Shown here: positions 43,439 through 52,761 of the stretch, one piece after another
Layout of the letters: every line of letters begins with the position of its first letter
Position numbering within the stretch: the first letter of the stretch is position 1
Position numbers and translations under genes: made by a program
The notes under the pieces: generated by a model
The model's database searches: none
The model's input: the letters and a program-made list of their open reading frames with translations, nothing else
Told to the model about the DNA's origin: nothing
NCBI GenBank assembly: GCA_027459625.1
Contig: DAIDHP010000002.1
Span: 209,279-273,278, forward strand
Origin: Chthonomonadales bacterium
Lineage (GTDB): Bacteria; Armatimonadota; Chthonomonadetes; Chthonomonadales; CAJBBX01
Length of the DNA: 64,000 nt
Direction: 5' to 3'

Positions 43439-45766
43439 TTGAGCAACGAAATTAAAGAGGAGGTTTATCCTTTGCGACGAAACAAGACACATTCCACGGA
43501 TAACCTAAGGGATCCGGGAATATCACGCAGGGAAGCGTTTAAAATTGGGATCACTGGCGTTGCGGGGTTGTTGATCGCGGATGATCTCGTCTTCCCTCAA
43601 AAGGCGGACTCCTCGTCCTTTCTCACTCGCCAAGGCGACACCATTGTTCTGGATAACGGCGTTATCCGACGGGTTGTCGTTTTTCGTAATGGAACGATCC
43701 ATACATCCTCGTTAACGCTGTTATCAAGGGGAGATGACGGGGACTCACATACTCTTACGGAATCCTCAACATTCGTATCCGGAGGACCTGAGTTCGCATT
43801 CCTTTTGGACGGGGTTTATTGCAACGGAGACACCGGATGGGATTTAACCGGCGTGAAAACGGCGCGGGATCAAAATGGCGGCGGGGGAGTCCTCATGAGC
43901 CTTGCGGGAAGAGGAACTGGAAATGCGGGGTTGCATTTGGACATCATCTATCTTCTCTATCCGAATTCTCCGGTTATTCACAAATGTCTCGTTTTCCACA
44001 ACGCATCGGACAAGAACCGTAAGTTGGAATCGGTGGATGTCGAGGTTCTGAAGCTTGAAGGATTTCATCAGCCAACGGTCTACTCGGATTTCTGCAGGAG
44101 ACCGCATGAGGGTGCGTGGAAGGGCGGACCTTATGATCCATTAATGGCGGTGTGCGATCATGCTCTGCGTGAAGGGGTGCTTGTGGGCAACGAAGCCCCA
44201 TCCATCCTGAAAAGAACGGAATTTGTGGCGAATGGATATGTTCTTACTGCGGGGCTCACCCGCATCGGGGAGGATTTCGCGTTTCGGAAATGGCTTGGGG
44301 AAGGGGATCATTGGGAAAGCCCTTGGACTTTTCTATCGCCTTATAGCGATGAGGATAATCCGAACACGGCGATGAACGGAGCGGTGAATGACTTTGTTCG
44401 AAACCACCTTGGCGTTCGGCTTCCTAAAATCCCCCGTCTTTCCACGCTGATGTACAATACCTGGAACCCGTTTTACGATAACCTGCAGGAGCCTATGGTG
44501 CTCCAAATGGTGGACGCTGCGGCGGATTGCGGAGTGGACATCTTCACCATTGACGCAGGATGGTACGGGCGATACGACGGAGGGTGGCTGGGGAACGTGG
44601 GGGATTACACTCCCGATACACGCAAATTCCCGCATGGCCTCAAACCGGTGATGGACTCTATCCGTCGTAAGGGGATGCGCTCAGGGCTTTGGATCGGCAT
44701 CGCGCAGGTGACCCGTCAATCGCCTCTTTTGAATGAGCACCCGGAGTGGTTCATACGGAACGAGCGGGGGGAGATCGTTCAGAGGCATGTGAACGGGGAG
44801 ACAAGTCAATCGTACGTCACCGCATGCCTCACCACCGGATATTACGACCACATCAAGGACGTGATACTGGGCTTGGTACGCGAGCTTGGTTTGGATTATG
44901 TGAAGCTGGACCTCGGGATCGCTGTTGGAGCGTATGTTTCCGATCCCAACCAATCGGGCTGCTTTGCAACGGACCATCCGCACAGGGATCGCCAGGAATC
45001 CTATTCGGAGATCTATCGCCGTTGTTTCGACCTTTTTGACGATATCCATCGCGAGTATCCTCATCTATACATAGATTGCACTTTCGAGACGGTGGGGAGG
45101 ATGAACTTGGAGGATTACGCCTTCTGTCGGCATGCGGAGGGAAACTGGCTATCCAATTTTCAAGACCTTCAGCCGGAGAACGCTATGATCGTGCGTGATC
45201 TTGCTTGGAACAGAAGTCCTGCGATGCCTGCGGGATCTCTTATCATCGGCAATATGAGGCTGGATGATCCGCGATGGGATGTTGTTATCGCTTCCACTAA
45301 CTGCGGAATGCCGATAGTCTGCGGCGACCTGAGGAACCTCTCATCTGCGGAGCGCGCCGGCATCAAGGCGTGGGCCCAGTGGACGAGGGACGCCTGGAAA
45401 CGGCATCGCTACCTGCTCTATCGACGTGACATGCCCGGGTTTGATGAGCCTGCGAAAGGAGGTTGGGACGGCTTCTGCCGTATCAACACGGATACTGGCT
45501 CGGGAGGAATCATCGGGGTGTTTCGACAAGGGGCGGAACAAGCGCACCATCTTGTGACCATACCCGGATTGATTCCGAAATGGAGATACTCTGTTATTAA
45601 TCCTCGGAACCAAGTGGCGCTTACCGCAAGCGGTGCCTATTTGGCGAAAACCGGCTTTCGCGTGAATTTTGCAAATCTTTACGATGGAACCCTGTTTGAA
45701 ATTCGACATGTCGGTGCGCATGGGAGCGATCCCCAGTTTCTTATAACCATATCGGTTCAATCGTAG
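43439..45766 (+). CDS. Tat-exported GH36-like alpha-galactosidase family protein
   Basis: ISRREAFKIGITGVAGLLIA Tat-like signal. TIM-barrel region GVDIFTIDAGWYG, GLWIGIAQV, LDYVKLDLG and IDCTFE resembles the GH36 melibiase core. Confidence 0.55.
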   Translation: MSNEIKEEVYPLRRNKTHSTDNLRDPGISRREAFKIGITGVAGLLIADDLVFPQKADSSSFLTRQGDTIVLDNGVIRRVVVFRNGTIHTSSLTLLSRGDDGDSHTLTESSTFVSGGPEFAFLLDGVYCNGDTGWDLTGVKTARDQNGGGGVLMSLAGRGTGNAGLHLDIIYLLYPNSPVIHKCLVFHNASDKNRKLESVDVEVLKLEGFHQPTVYSDFCRRPHEGAWKGGPYDPLMAVCDHALREGVLVGNEAPSILKRTEFVANGYVLTAGLTRIGEDFAFRKWLGEGDHWESPWTFLSPYSDEDNPNTAMNGAVNDFVRNHLGVRLPKIPRLSTLMYNTWNPFYDNLQEPMVLQMVDAAADCGVDIFTIDAGWYGRYDGGWLGNVGDYTPDTRKFPHGLKPVMDSIRRKGMRSGLWIGIAQVTRQSPLLNEHPEWFIRNERGEIVQRHVNGETSQSYVTACLTTGYYDHIKDVILGLVRELGLDYVKLDLGIAVGAYVSDPNQSGCFATDHPHRDRQESYSEIYRRCFDLFDDIHREYPHLYIDCTFETVGRMNLEDYAFCRHAEGNWLSNFQDLQPENAMIVRDLAWNRSPAMPAGSLIIGNMRLDDPRWDVVIASTNCGMPIVCGDLRNLSSAERAGIKAWAQWTRDAWKRHRYLLYRRDMPGFDEPAKGGWDGFCRINTDTGSGGIIGVFRQGAEQAHHLVTIPGLIPKWRYSVINPRNQVALTASGAYLAKTGFRVNFANLYDGTLFEIRHVGAHGSDPQFLITISVQS

Positions 45767-45778
45767 GGGCGCCCCTAC
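45763..45778. repeat. perfect 16-bp GC-rich palindrome gtaggggcgcccctac overlapping the GH36-like stop codon; member of a short GC-rich repeat motif (second copy 46002-46016)
   Basis: gtaggggc followed by gcccctac is self-complementary. The 10-mer cgcccctacg (45770-45779 and 46006-46015) and the 8-mer ggtcgccc (45781-45788 and 46003-46010) recur 230 bp downstream. Confidence 0.5.
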
Positions 45779-46305
45779 GCGGTCGCCCGCAAGGCGCCGG
45801 CAACGGAAAATCCATCGAATATACACGCCAGGTTATAATGACCGACATGCCCGCCTCGCATAATGCTCAACTTACGAGATGTTGAATTAATCGATACATT
45901 GCGCCCCCGGCTCCACGGAAACGAAATATCCTCTACAAAAGGCAACATGTTGGATTACAGATGCATGGGGGCTGGTGACCAAAATGGGCGGGCTACCACA
46001 AGGGTCGCCCCTACGGTGGGATTATTACGTTTTTAAAATATATATGTTTGAATGGGATATAGGGATTTATAACATCCGACTCTTACAGGCTATCACACCT
46101 GAGAAACCGTCCGCGATTACCTCTTTACGCCTTTCCATTTTACTGAGGAGACAGGATCGATTTCATCCCTTCATTATCGCCGTCTTCCTTCCCCCGCACT
46201 CATTCCCAAAGACTGATTTTCGCAACATTATAAGGTATCTTAATCCATATTTGGTGAGAGGTAATGCACGGTGACAGTATGCTTAATGCATGACGGAGAA
46301 GAGAT

Positions 46306-48738
46306 ATGACGAGTGATGCATTCCGAAATCCCAATCGGCGAGAGTTTCTTTCCACCTTAACATTCGTCGCAGGTGCGCTGGCGTTAGGGGATTTCGCAAA
46401 TCCCGCGAGTGGAGCGGCAGTGTCCGCTACACCCTTGAACCCTTATTCAACCGACTCCCTCCTAATAGGAAACTTCCTTGTGACCGCACCAGACGGCATC
46501 GCCTTCGTCGCGGACAATTCCGCCGCTTTTGTGGTGGATACCGGAGGCCCGTATGTTGCCGGGATCGCCGCGCCGGACGGCTCCTATAATCGCCAGGAGT
46601 TCACCCTCTACGGGACGAAAATCCGATTTGAGTGGGGAAGAGTTGGGGACAGCGTGGTCGCACGTATCCATGCGGATCAGCCCGTGGAACTCACACTGCA
46701 TCTCGGATCCGGATGGCCGGGCTGGAAGAGCGTCTACGTCCCTGCGGAGGATGGGGTACTGGGGACGGCGCAAGCCACCGATGCGCACGGCTCGACTCGC
46801 ACCATCACGTGGCGTTTACGGACCAGTCCCGCTCCCACGAGAGTGAGCGATACGCAGATTGCAGTCTCCATTACACCGGATGCGCCCGCGAAGTTTGTGG
46901 CTGGATTGGGGCGTTTGGCGGATTTTAACAAGGTGGATGATACCCTTGCATCCGCAGCCTCCTTGTATATGAATAAACGTCCTGTCGCTTCGGGCGATTG
47001 GGGGGATTTTATCGGTGCCATAGTGGATAATATGAATAACAGTCGAATCTATAGTTCCGACAACCATATGTTGGCGCACTCAGTCAGCCGCGGATGGGCG
47101 GGCGGAAATCCAAACCATGATCCCTATTTCTGCTGGGACAGCTTTTTTACCGCGAACCTCGCCTCGTTCGATGATCTGCCAACTGCGAAAAACACCGTCC
47201 GCGCCATTCTCTCCTACCAGACTCATGATGGGTTGGTGCCGAACTTTGCGCATGCAAATTCCGGCGTGAGCAATGATCGATCTCAGCCCCCCGTGGGCTC
47301 TTTGTGCGTTTGGAAAATCCATCAACGATGGGGCGACCGTGATTTTCTAGCCGAAATCTATCCCAAATTAGTTAAGTGGCACGACTGGTGGTTCAAGGCG
47401 AGGGATGGCAATCATAACGGCTTGCTTGAGTGGGGGAGCGCCACAGGGGTATGGCAGAACGCTCAGTATGAGACTGGTTGGGATGACAACCTGCACTTCG
47501 CCGGCACGCGTATGGTAGGTTCCCACATGGATGCAGATGCGGTTGACTTGAACGCCATGTGGTCGATGGACGCCCAGCATCTCGCTTACATCGCTCACGC
47601 AATTGGTAAGAGGAAGGATGCTGCGCGTTTTCGCTCAGAGTGGAGGGAGATGAACGACCGCATAAATCGGCTGTTATGGAACGAGGAGTTGGGGCTCTAT
47701 TGCAGCCGTCTCTGGGAAGGGGAAAAGCTATGGGCGCCCGTGGAGGGCGCCGCATTCGGTCAAGGATTTGCCGGTGTTTTTTACTCCGATGAAGACCTTC
47801 AGCACGAGGTTGCGCGTCGGACCGTCGCATCCCTCAATTTCAACTGGCGCGGCAAAAGTCCCGCTCCAGGCGTTCCCGGATTTCACTGGAGCGTACGTTG
47901 GACCGCAACGTTCACACCTCCCGAAACCGGCGATTACAGGTTTATCACCCGCTCGGATGACGGCGTAAGGCTGTATGTCGATGGAAAAAGGGTGATTGAT
48001 GACTGGGTGGTGCAGGGGGCAAAGGATCGCACCGCGACTGTCAAACTGACGGCTGGGAAGCCCGTGGAGGTGATGGTGGAATATTTTCAGCACGAGGGCG
48101 GTTCGAGTTTGAACCTAATCGTGGAGCAAGCGAAGAGCGCCACTTTTCTCACGCGCATCACCCCCATGAATTTCTACCCGTTGATATCGGGGGCAGCGGA
48201 CAAGGAGAGGGCTTCCAAAGTGATGAGGACGCTGACCGATCCGGCAAAGTTTTGGGGTACCTGGGTTATTCCGACACTCGCCTATGATGATCCAGATTAC
48301 TTTCAGCAGGAGTATTGGCGCGGGGATATCTGGGGGCCGACGAACTATTTGGTGTTCCAAGGTCTGATGAAATACGCCACTCTCGCGCAGTTAAATGATT
48401 TCGCGGATAAGAGCGTGAGGCTTTTCATGCGCAACTGGATTATATCCGGTCTCTGTGGAGAGAACTACCTCAGCACCGACGGCACACAAAACCACGATCC
48501 TCACTACACCTGGGGGGCGTTGTTGGATTTGATAGGAATTGAGAGCGTATACGACATCCTTCCTGATGGCTCCGTTTGGTTGAACGGCGTGCAAACCAGA
48601 ACCATCGCGATGCGGAACCTTCCCATTCACGGCAAGCTTTATGAAATTCACACGAGTCCCGGCATGGCTGAGATACTTCAGAATGGGAAGAGCGTTCTCG
48701 TTGCACGTAACCGTGTGGAGAGGGAGAAAATGCTATAA
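46306..48738 (+). CDS. Tat-exported GH63/MGH1-like (alpha/alpha)6 glycoside hydrolase with an inserted PA14 domain
   Basis: NRREFLSTLTFVAGALALG Tat signal. (alpha/alpha)6 motifs: CWDSFFTANLASFDDLPTAKNTVRAILSYQTHDGLVPNF, LLEWGS..., GWDDN and EYWRGDIWGPTNYLVFQGL. PA14-like insert GFHWSVRWTATFTPPETGDYRFITRSDDGVRLYVDGKRVIDDW...VEYFQHEGGSSLNL. Confidence 0.6.
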   Translation: MTSDAFRNPNRREFLSTLTFVAGALALGDFANPASGAAVSATPLNPYSTDSLLIGNFLVTAPDGIAFVADNSAAFVVDTGGPYVAGIAAPDGSYNRQEFTLYGTKIRFEWGRVGDSVVARIHADQPVELTLHLGSGWPGWKSVYVPAEDGVLGTAQATDAHGSTRTITWRLRTSPAPTRVSDTQIAVSITPDAPAKFVAGLGRLADFNKVDDTLASAASLYMNKRPVASGDWGDFIGAIVDNMNNSRIYSSDNHMLAHSVSRGWAGGNPNHDPYFCWDSFFTANLASFDDLPTAKNTVRAILSYQTHDGLVPNFAHANSGVSNDRSQPPVGSLCVWKIHQRWGDRDFLAEIYPKLVKWHDWWFKARDGNHNGLLEWGSATGVWQNAQYETGWDDNLHFAGTRMVGSHMDADAVDLNAMWSMDAQHLAYIAHAIGKRKDAARFRSEWREMNDRINRLLWNEELGLYCSRLWEGEKLWAPVEGAAFGQGFAGVFYSDEDLQHEVARRTVASLNFNWRGKSPAPGVPGFHWSVRWTATFTPPETGDYRFITRSDDGVRLYVDGKRVIDDWVVQGAKDRTATVKLTAGKPVEVMVEYFQHEGGSSLNLIVEQAKSATFLTRITPMNFYPLISGAADKERASKVMRTLTDPAKFWGTWVIPTLAYDDPDYFQQEYWRGDIWGPTNYLVFQGLMKYATLAQLNDFADKSVRLFMRNWIISGLCGENYLSTDGTQNHDPHYTWGALLDLIGIESVYDILPDGSVWLNGVQTRTIAMRNLPIHGKLYEIHTSPGMAEILQNGKSVLVARNRVEREKML

Positions 48739-50342
48739 TGAAGATTGAGCGTTTTCCGAATATCATTGCCATGATAGGCGCGAGGAAAGCAATGAACGAA
48801 AAGATCGTTCTTCATCTCATCTTAATGATAATGACGCTTGCGGGATCGTTACTGTGTTCAAACGCCGATACAGTTCGAAAATCCCTCGCATTTTCGCACC
48901 TGTATGACCCCCATATCGGCGCCACTCACATGGTGAACTCGCTGTGGATCGAGGTGCCCAAGGATCGTCAGTTCGGGAAGCGGAGGATAGTGACGATCGC
49001 CGACATCAAAGGTCCCGGTGTGATCACGATGATCCACTTCGCTATGCCCGCCACGCTGCATCTCGGGCGCGAGGTTGTACTGCGTATCTACTGGGACGGC
49101 GAGAAGCATCCAAGCGTGGAGGCACCGCTGGTGGACTTCTTCTGCGATCCCAACGGAACGCTGGATCAGATCGATACGGTGTTTTTGAATAAGAACCGGG
49201 GCTGGAACTGTTATTTCCCCATGCCATTCCGACACAGCGCCCGAATCACACTGACAAATGACGATCCCAACCTGAATGAAGGCTCACTGTGGCAAGGATC
49301 GCCGTGCTACGCCTACGTGATCTGGCGTGACGCCCCGCGAATGCCCAAAAACACGCTCTATTTTTGCGCTCATTGGCGTCAGCGGACACTACTCCTTGGC
49401 AAACGCGATTTCGTCGCCTTACGCGCCAAGGGGGCCGGGAGGTTTATTGGGTGGAACGTCACGGTAAGAGGGGTGGCGCCCGGAGGTGTTGGTTATCCCG
49501 TGGACGAGAATGAAAAGTACTATATTGATGGCGCCTCCAAGCCATCCATTCAATTTATGGGTCTGGAGGATTCGTTCGGTTTCTCCTGGGGGTTTCCGGA
49601 AAAGGCGAGTGAGTTTCCTTATACGGGATGGCATCCCTATTATCAAGGAGCTTCCGCATATCGTTTCTTTGTGAACGACGCGATCGACTTCCACAAAAGT
49701 CTGAGGGTGGCGATCGGTTTTGGACCGCATGATGACCCCTCCTTTCGCAAGATTTACAGCCAACCGGATCATACGTTGCAGCTTGACGCATGCTGCTATT
49801 GGTATCAGACGGAGCCACATCTTACATGGTCCGCAATGCCATCGCTTTCGGACCGACAACCCGCGCGGGATTTAATTCAATTGCAACAATGGGAGGCGAA
49901 GGCGAAAGCGTACAGAGAGAAAGATGAAGCGTTGGTCGTGAACTGCGGGATTCCCGATAACACCATTGAATTCGCCGACAAGGGCTGGAGTTGCATACTC
50001 GTCCAAGGTTACGGCTACAACGGTTTCGCACGCCAAGTGACCCACTGTTGGGCGGATTACCATAACCTGAAGATCACCATCGGCTGCCCCAAAGGCGTTT
50101 CCGGAACGCTTCGGCTTTACCTTTTGGACGGGGATCGTTTTAGGGGAGGTCGCAGGGAGAGGATATGGGTGGATGGAAGGAATATCGGGGATTACGGGGA
50201 TTTCTATGAAGGCGAATGGGTGAATATCCCCGTGACCTTGCAGGAGACCGCCCATGGCAAAATATACATTCGCGCTCAGAACCTAATCCCGAAGAACAAC
50301 GCGGTTATTTCAACCGTTATTTTTCAAACGGAGCCCCGTTAA
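48738..50342 (+). CDS. DUF2961 / GH172-like glycoside hydrolase
   Basis: IADIKGPGVITMIHFAMP..., LRIYWDGEKHPSVEAPLVDFF and WNCYFPMPF are typical DUF2961 jelly-roll motifs. The more likely start is the ATG at 48792 (MNEKIVLHLILMIMTLAGSLLC signal, GAGGAA RBS). Confidence 0.65.
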   Translation: MKIERFPNIIAMIGARKAMNEKIVLHLILMIMTLAGSLLCSNADTVRKSLAFSHLYDPHIGATHMVNSLWIEVPKDRQFGKRRIVTIADIKGPGVITMIHFAMPATLHLGREVVLRIYWDGEKHPSVEAPLVDFFCDPNGTLDQIDTVFLNKNRGWNCYFPMPFRHSARITLTNDDPNLNEGSLWQGSPCYAYVIWRDAPRMPKNTLYFCAHWRQRTLLLGKRDFVALRAKGAGRFIGWNVTVRGVAPGGVGYPVDENEKYYIDGASKPSIQFMGLEDSFGFSWGFPEKASEFPYTGWHPYYQGASAYRFFVNDAIDFHKSLRVAIGFGPHDDPSFRKIYSQPDHTLQLDACCYWYQTEPHLTWSAMPSLSDRQPARDLIQLQQWEAKAKAYREKDEALVVNCGIPDNTIEFADKGWSCILVQGYGYNGFARQVTHCWADYHNLKITIGCPKGVSGTLRLYLLDGDRFRGGRRERIWVDGRNIGDYGDFYEGEWVNIPVTLQETAHGKIYIRAQNLIPKNNAVISTVIFQTEPR

Positions 50343-50440
50343 CACCAAGGGAATAAGATTGTATCCAGTATACAAAAGAGCGGAGCGCCGGAACTTGCCT
50401 GAAGGCTAAGCGTGGTTTTTCGATGAGGCGATTCCACGCC

Positions 50441-50469
50441 TTGACACTCCCTGCATGATGTGCTATACT
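50441..50469 (+). promoter_or_regulatory. near-consensus sigma70 promoter of the rplU-rpmA operon (TTGACA-17-TATACT)
   Basis: ttgaca at 50441-50446, a 17-nt spacer, and tatact at 50464-50469, about 135 nt upstream of rplU. Confidence 0.6.
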
Positions 50470-50510
50470 TTTATCCTGTTTACGGAATGCAATCCAATCG
50501 TATTTCCGGG

Positions 50511-50540
50511 CGCTCCCGTGAAAATTGGGAGCGTTCTTTC
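50511..50540 (+). promoter_or_regulatory. terminator-like hairpin in the rplU 5' leader (candidate ribosomal-protein leader/attenuator)
   Basis: cgctccc (50511-50517), a 9-nt loop, gggagcg (50527-50533), then ttctttc. Located between the promoter and the rplU start. Confidence 0.35.
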
Positions 50541-50602
50541 ATGATGCGGTCAACGAATGGTGGGAATCACCGATTCACCGCACGCATAAGGAGGAGGAAT
50601 CC

Positions 50603-50914
50603 TTGTACGCAATTATTCGCACTGGCGGCAAACAATACAAGGTCGCCGAGAAGACGGTGATTTCCGTTGAAAAGCTTAATGTTAACAAAGACGATATGAT
50701 TGAGCTTAACGATGTTTTAATGGTCGCCGACGGCGATACGGTGCGCGTGGGAACCCCTGCATTGGACGGGGTGAAGGTCACCGCGAAAGTGCTGGATACG
50801 GTGAAGGGCGAGAAGATACATGGTTTCACATACAAACCGAAGAAGAACGTCCAGAGACACTACGGGCATCGCCAATGGCATACGCAACTGCGTATTGAGA
50901 GCATCGAAGGTTAA
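50603..50914 (+). CDS. rplU: 50S ribosomal protein L21
   Basis: TTG start at 50603 preceded by aaggaggagg. The product begins (M)YAIIRTGGKQYKVAEK..., the canonical L21 N-terminus. The longer track ORF from 50525 adds a non-homologous extension. Confidence 0.9.
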   Translation: MYAIIRTGGKQYKVAEKTVISVEKLNVNKDDMIELNDVLMVADGDTVRVGTPALDGVKVTAKVLDTVKGEKIHGFTYKPKKNVQRHYGHRQWHTQLRIESIEG

Positions 50915-50994
50915 TTTGGCTCCCCTAACAGGGTGAGACACCGGTGGATTTACGACTTAGGGCGAAGATCGCGCAAGTCAAATGGGAGGATTGA

Positions 50995-51291
50995 ATGGCA
51001 CATAAGAAAGGCGTCGGTAGTTCGCGTAACGGACGCGACAGCAACCCGAAAAGATTGGGCGTTAAGGAATTCGCAGGGCAAACCGTTCGATGCGGAGCCA
51101 TTTTGGTTCGACAGCGCGGCACTCCGCTTCACCCGGGCAAGAACGTGGGATTGGGAAGAGATCACACTCTGTATTCCTTGGTGGATGGCGTTGTGGCTTT
51201 TGAGGGACCCAAGGATAAGCGCAGAGTAAGTGTCTATCCGCCACAACAGGCGGAACCCGTCGAGGAGACAAGTCAAATCGCCGAGGCTTAA
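50995..51291 (+). CDS. rpmA: 50S ribosomal protein L27
   Basis: [54 protein letters not shown] are canonical L27 motifs. Confidence 0.95.
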   Translation: MAHKKGVGSSRNGRDSNPKRLGVKEFAGQTVRCGAILVRQRGTPLHPGKNVGLGRDHTLYSLVDGVVAFEGPKDKRRVSVYPPQQAEPVEETSQIAEA

Positions 51292-51354
51292 CCTCCTATT
51301 GTAAATTATTAACGAATGGAATGAACTGCGTCGACCTTCGTCGGCGGCTCACAA

Positions 51355-51384
51355 GAAACCTCCGAAGGGAGGTTTCCTCTTTTT
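51355..51384 (+). terminator. intrinsic terminator after rpmA
   Basis: gaaacctcc (51355-51363), loop gaag, ggaggtttc (51368-51376), followed by ctcttttt. Confidence 0.7.
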
Positions 51385-51414
51385 ATATGGCGTTCAAAAT
51401 AGGGAGTTCATAAA

Positions 51415-52761
51415 GTGTTTGTGGATTACGTGGAAATAGAGGTCACTGCTGGGAACGGCGGCAACGGAATGGTGACATTCCGAAAAGAGAAGTACGTTCC
51501 GCATGGAGGCCCGAACGGCGGGGATGGGGGAAAGGGAGGCGACATAGTCTTGGAAGTGGATAGCCACCTCTCCACCCTGTTGGATTTTCGTTTTCAGCGT
51601 CATTATCGAGCGGAGAACGGTGGGGACGGACATAGCAAGGATATGTTCGGCAAGAACGGGCGGGACATGGTTTTGAAAGTGCCGGTTGGAACGATCGTTC
51701 ACGACATGGAAACCGATGAGACCCTGTGCGATCTAGCCCATCCTCAGGCTCGGTTCATTGTGGCGCAAGGAGGGGAAGGGGGGCGTGGGAATGCTCATTT
51801 CGCCACGTCCGTTCAGCAAGCCCCGAAATTTGCCGAAAAAGGAGAGCCGGGGGAGAGTCGAAAGCTACGTCTGGAGTTGAAGTTACTCGCGGATGTGGGA
51901 TTGTTAGGCTTCCCCAGTGTGGGGAAATCCACGTTGATATCCGCCGTATCCGCAGCACGTCCGAAAATAGCTGAATACCCTTTCACCACACTCGTTCCCA
52001 ATCTTGGCGTGGTATCCGTGGATATCCATAAGTCGTTCGTCATGGCGGATCTGCCTGGCATTATCGAAGGGGCGCATGAAGGGGTTGGGCTAGGGCATCG
52101 GTTCTTGCGTCACGTGGAAAGAACCAAGGTGCTTGTTCACATTCTGGATGTCAGCGGACTGAGCGGAAGGGATCCCTTGCATGACTACCATGTTCTTAAC
52201 GAGGAACTCCGTCTTCATCGGGAGGATCTTATACAGCTTCCTCAGATCGTCGCGTTAAACAAAACCGACATCATTGCAGATGAGGAGTTGGTTCAACGCG
52301 CCGAGGATCAACTGCGCCAATCGGGGCGCGAAGTCTATCGAATCTCCGCCATCACCCGAAAAGGTCTGGAGCCACTGCTTTACGCCATTTGGAACACGCT
52401 GGAAAAGGCGCGTGAAGCGGATCCTGTGTTGGAAAATGTCATCGTAACGGAGATAAAAGCTCATCCACAGGATGATTTGAGACAATGGAAGATATCCAAA
52501 TCGGACGAAGGGTATTGGATCGTCGAGGGAAAGGCTTTGGAGAAGCTGGTCGCCATGACGAACGTGGATAACGAATACGGTCTGCGCCGTATGCAGCGAT
52601 CTTTGGAGAGAATAGACTTCAACAACAAGCTGCGACGGTTTGGGGTTTCCGAAGGCGATACCGTACGTATCGGGAGGATGGAGTTCGTGTTCGAGGATGA
52701 CGACATCGACAGATATCAATCCCGACGTCATCGAAGGCATTCAACAGAGGCGGAGGAATGA
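51415..52761 (+). CDS. obg: GTPase Obg/CgtA
   Basis: GTG start. FVDYVEIEVTAGNGGNGMVTFRKEKYVPHGGPNGGDGGKGGDIVL (Obg fold Gly-rich domain). G1 GFPSVGKST, G3 DLPGIIEGA, G4 NKTD. C-terminal OCT domain. Confidence 0.95.
   Translation: MFVDYVEIEVTAGNGGNGMVTFRKEKYVPHGGPNGGDGGKGGDIVLEVDSHLSTLLDFRFQRHYRAENGGDGHSKDMFGKNGRDMVLKVPVGTIVHDMETDETLCDLAHPQARFIVAQGGEGGRGNAHFATSVQQAPKFAEKGEPGESRKLRLELKLLADVGLLGFPSVGKSTLISAVSAARPKIAEYPFTTLVPNLGVVSVDIHKSFVMADLPGIIEGAHEGVGLGHRFLRHVERTKVLVHILDVSGLSGRDPLHDYHVLNEELRLHREDLIQLPQIVALNKTDIIADEELVQRAEDQLRQSGREVYRISAITRKGLEPLLYAIWNTLEKAREADPVLENVIVTEIKAHPQDDLRQWKISKSDEGYWIVEGKALEKLVAMTNVDNEYGLRRMQRSLERIDFNNKLRRFGVSEGDTVRIGRMEFVFEDDDIDRYQSRRHRRHSTEAEE

Noticed and set aside
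45975-46274. 99-aa ORF MTKMGGLPQGSPLRWDYY...
   Set aside because: Its N-terminus is the translation of the GC-rich repeat motif, and the rest is AT-rich intergenic sequence with no RBS or motifs. It is likely spurious.
50525-50602. Upstream extension of rplU given in the ORF track
   Set aside because: The canonical L21 N-terminus YAIIRTGGKQYKV begins at the TTG at 50603, directly behind AAGGAGGAGG. The extension would translate the leader hairpin.
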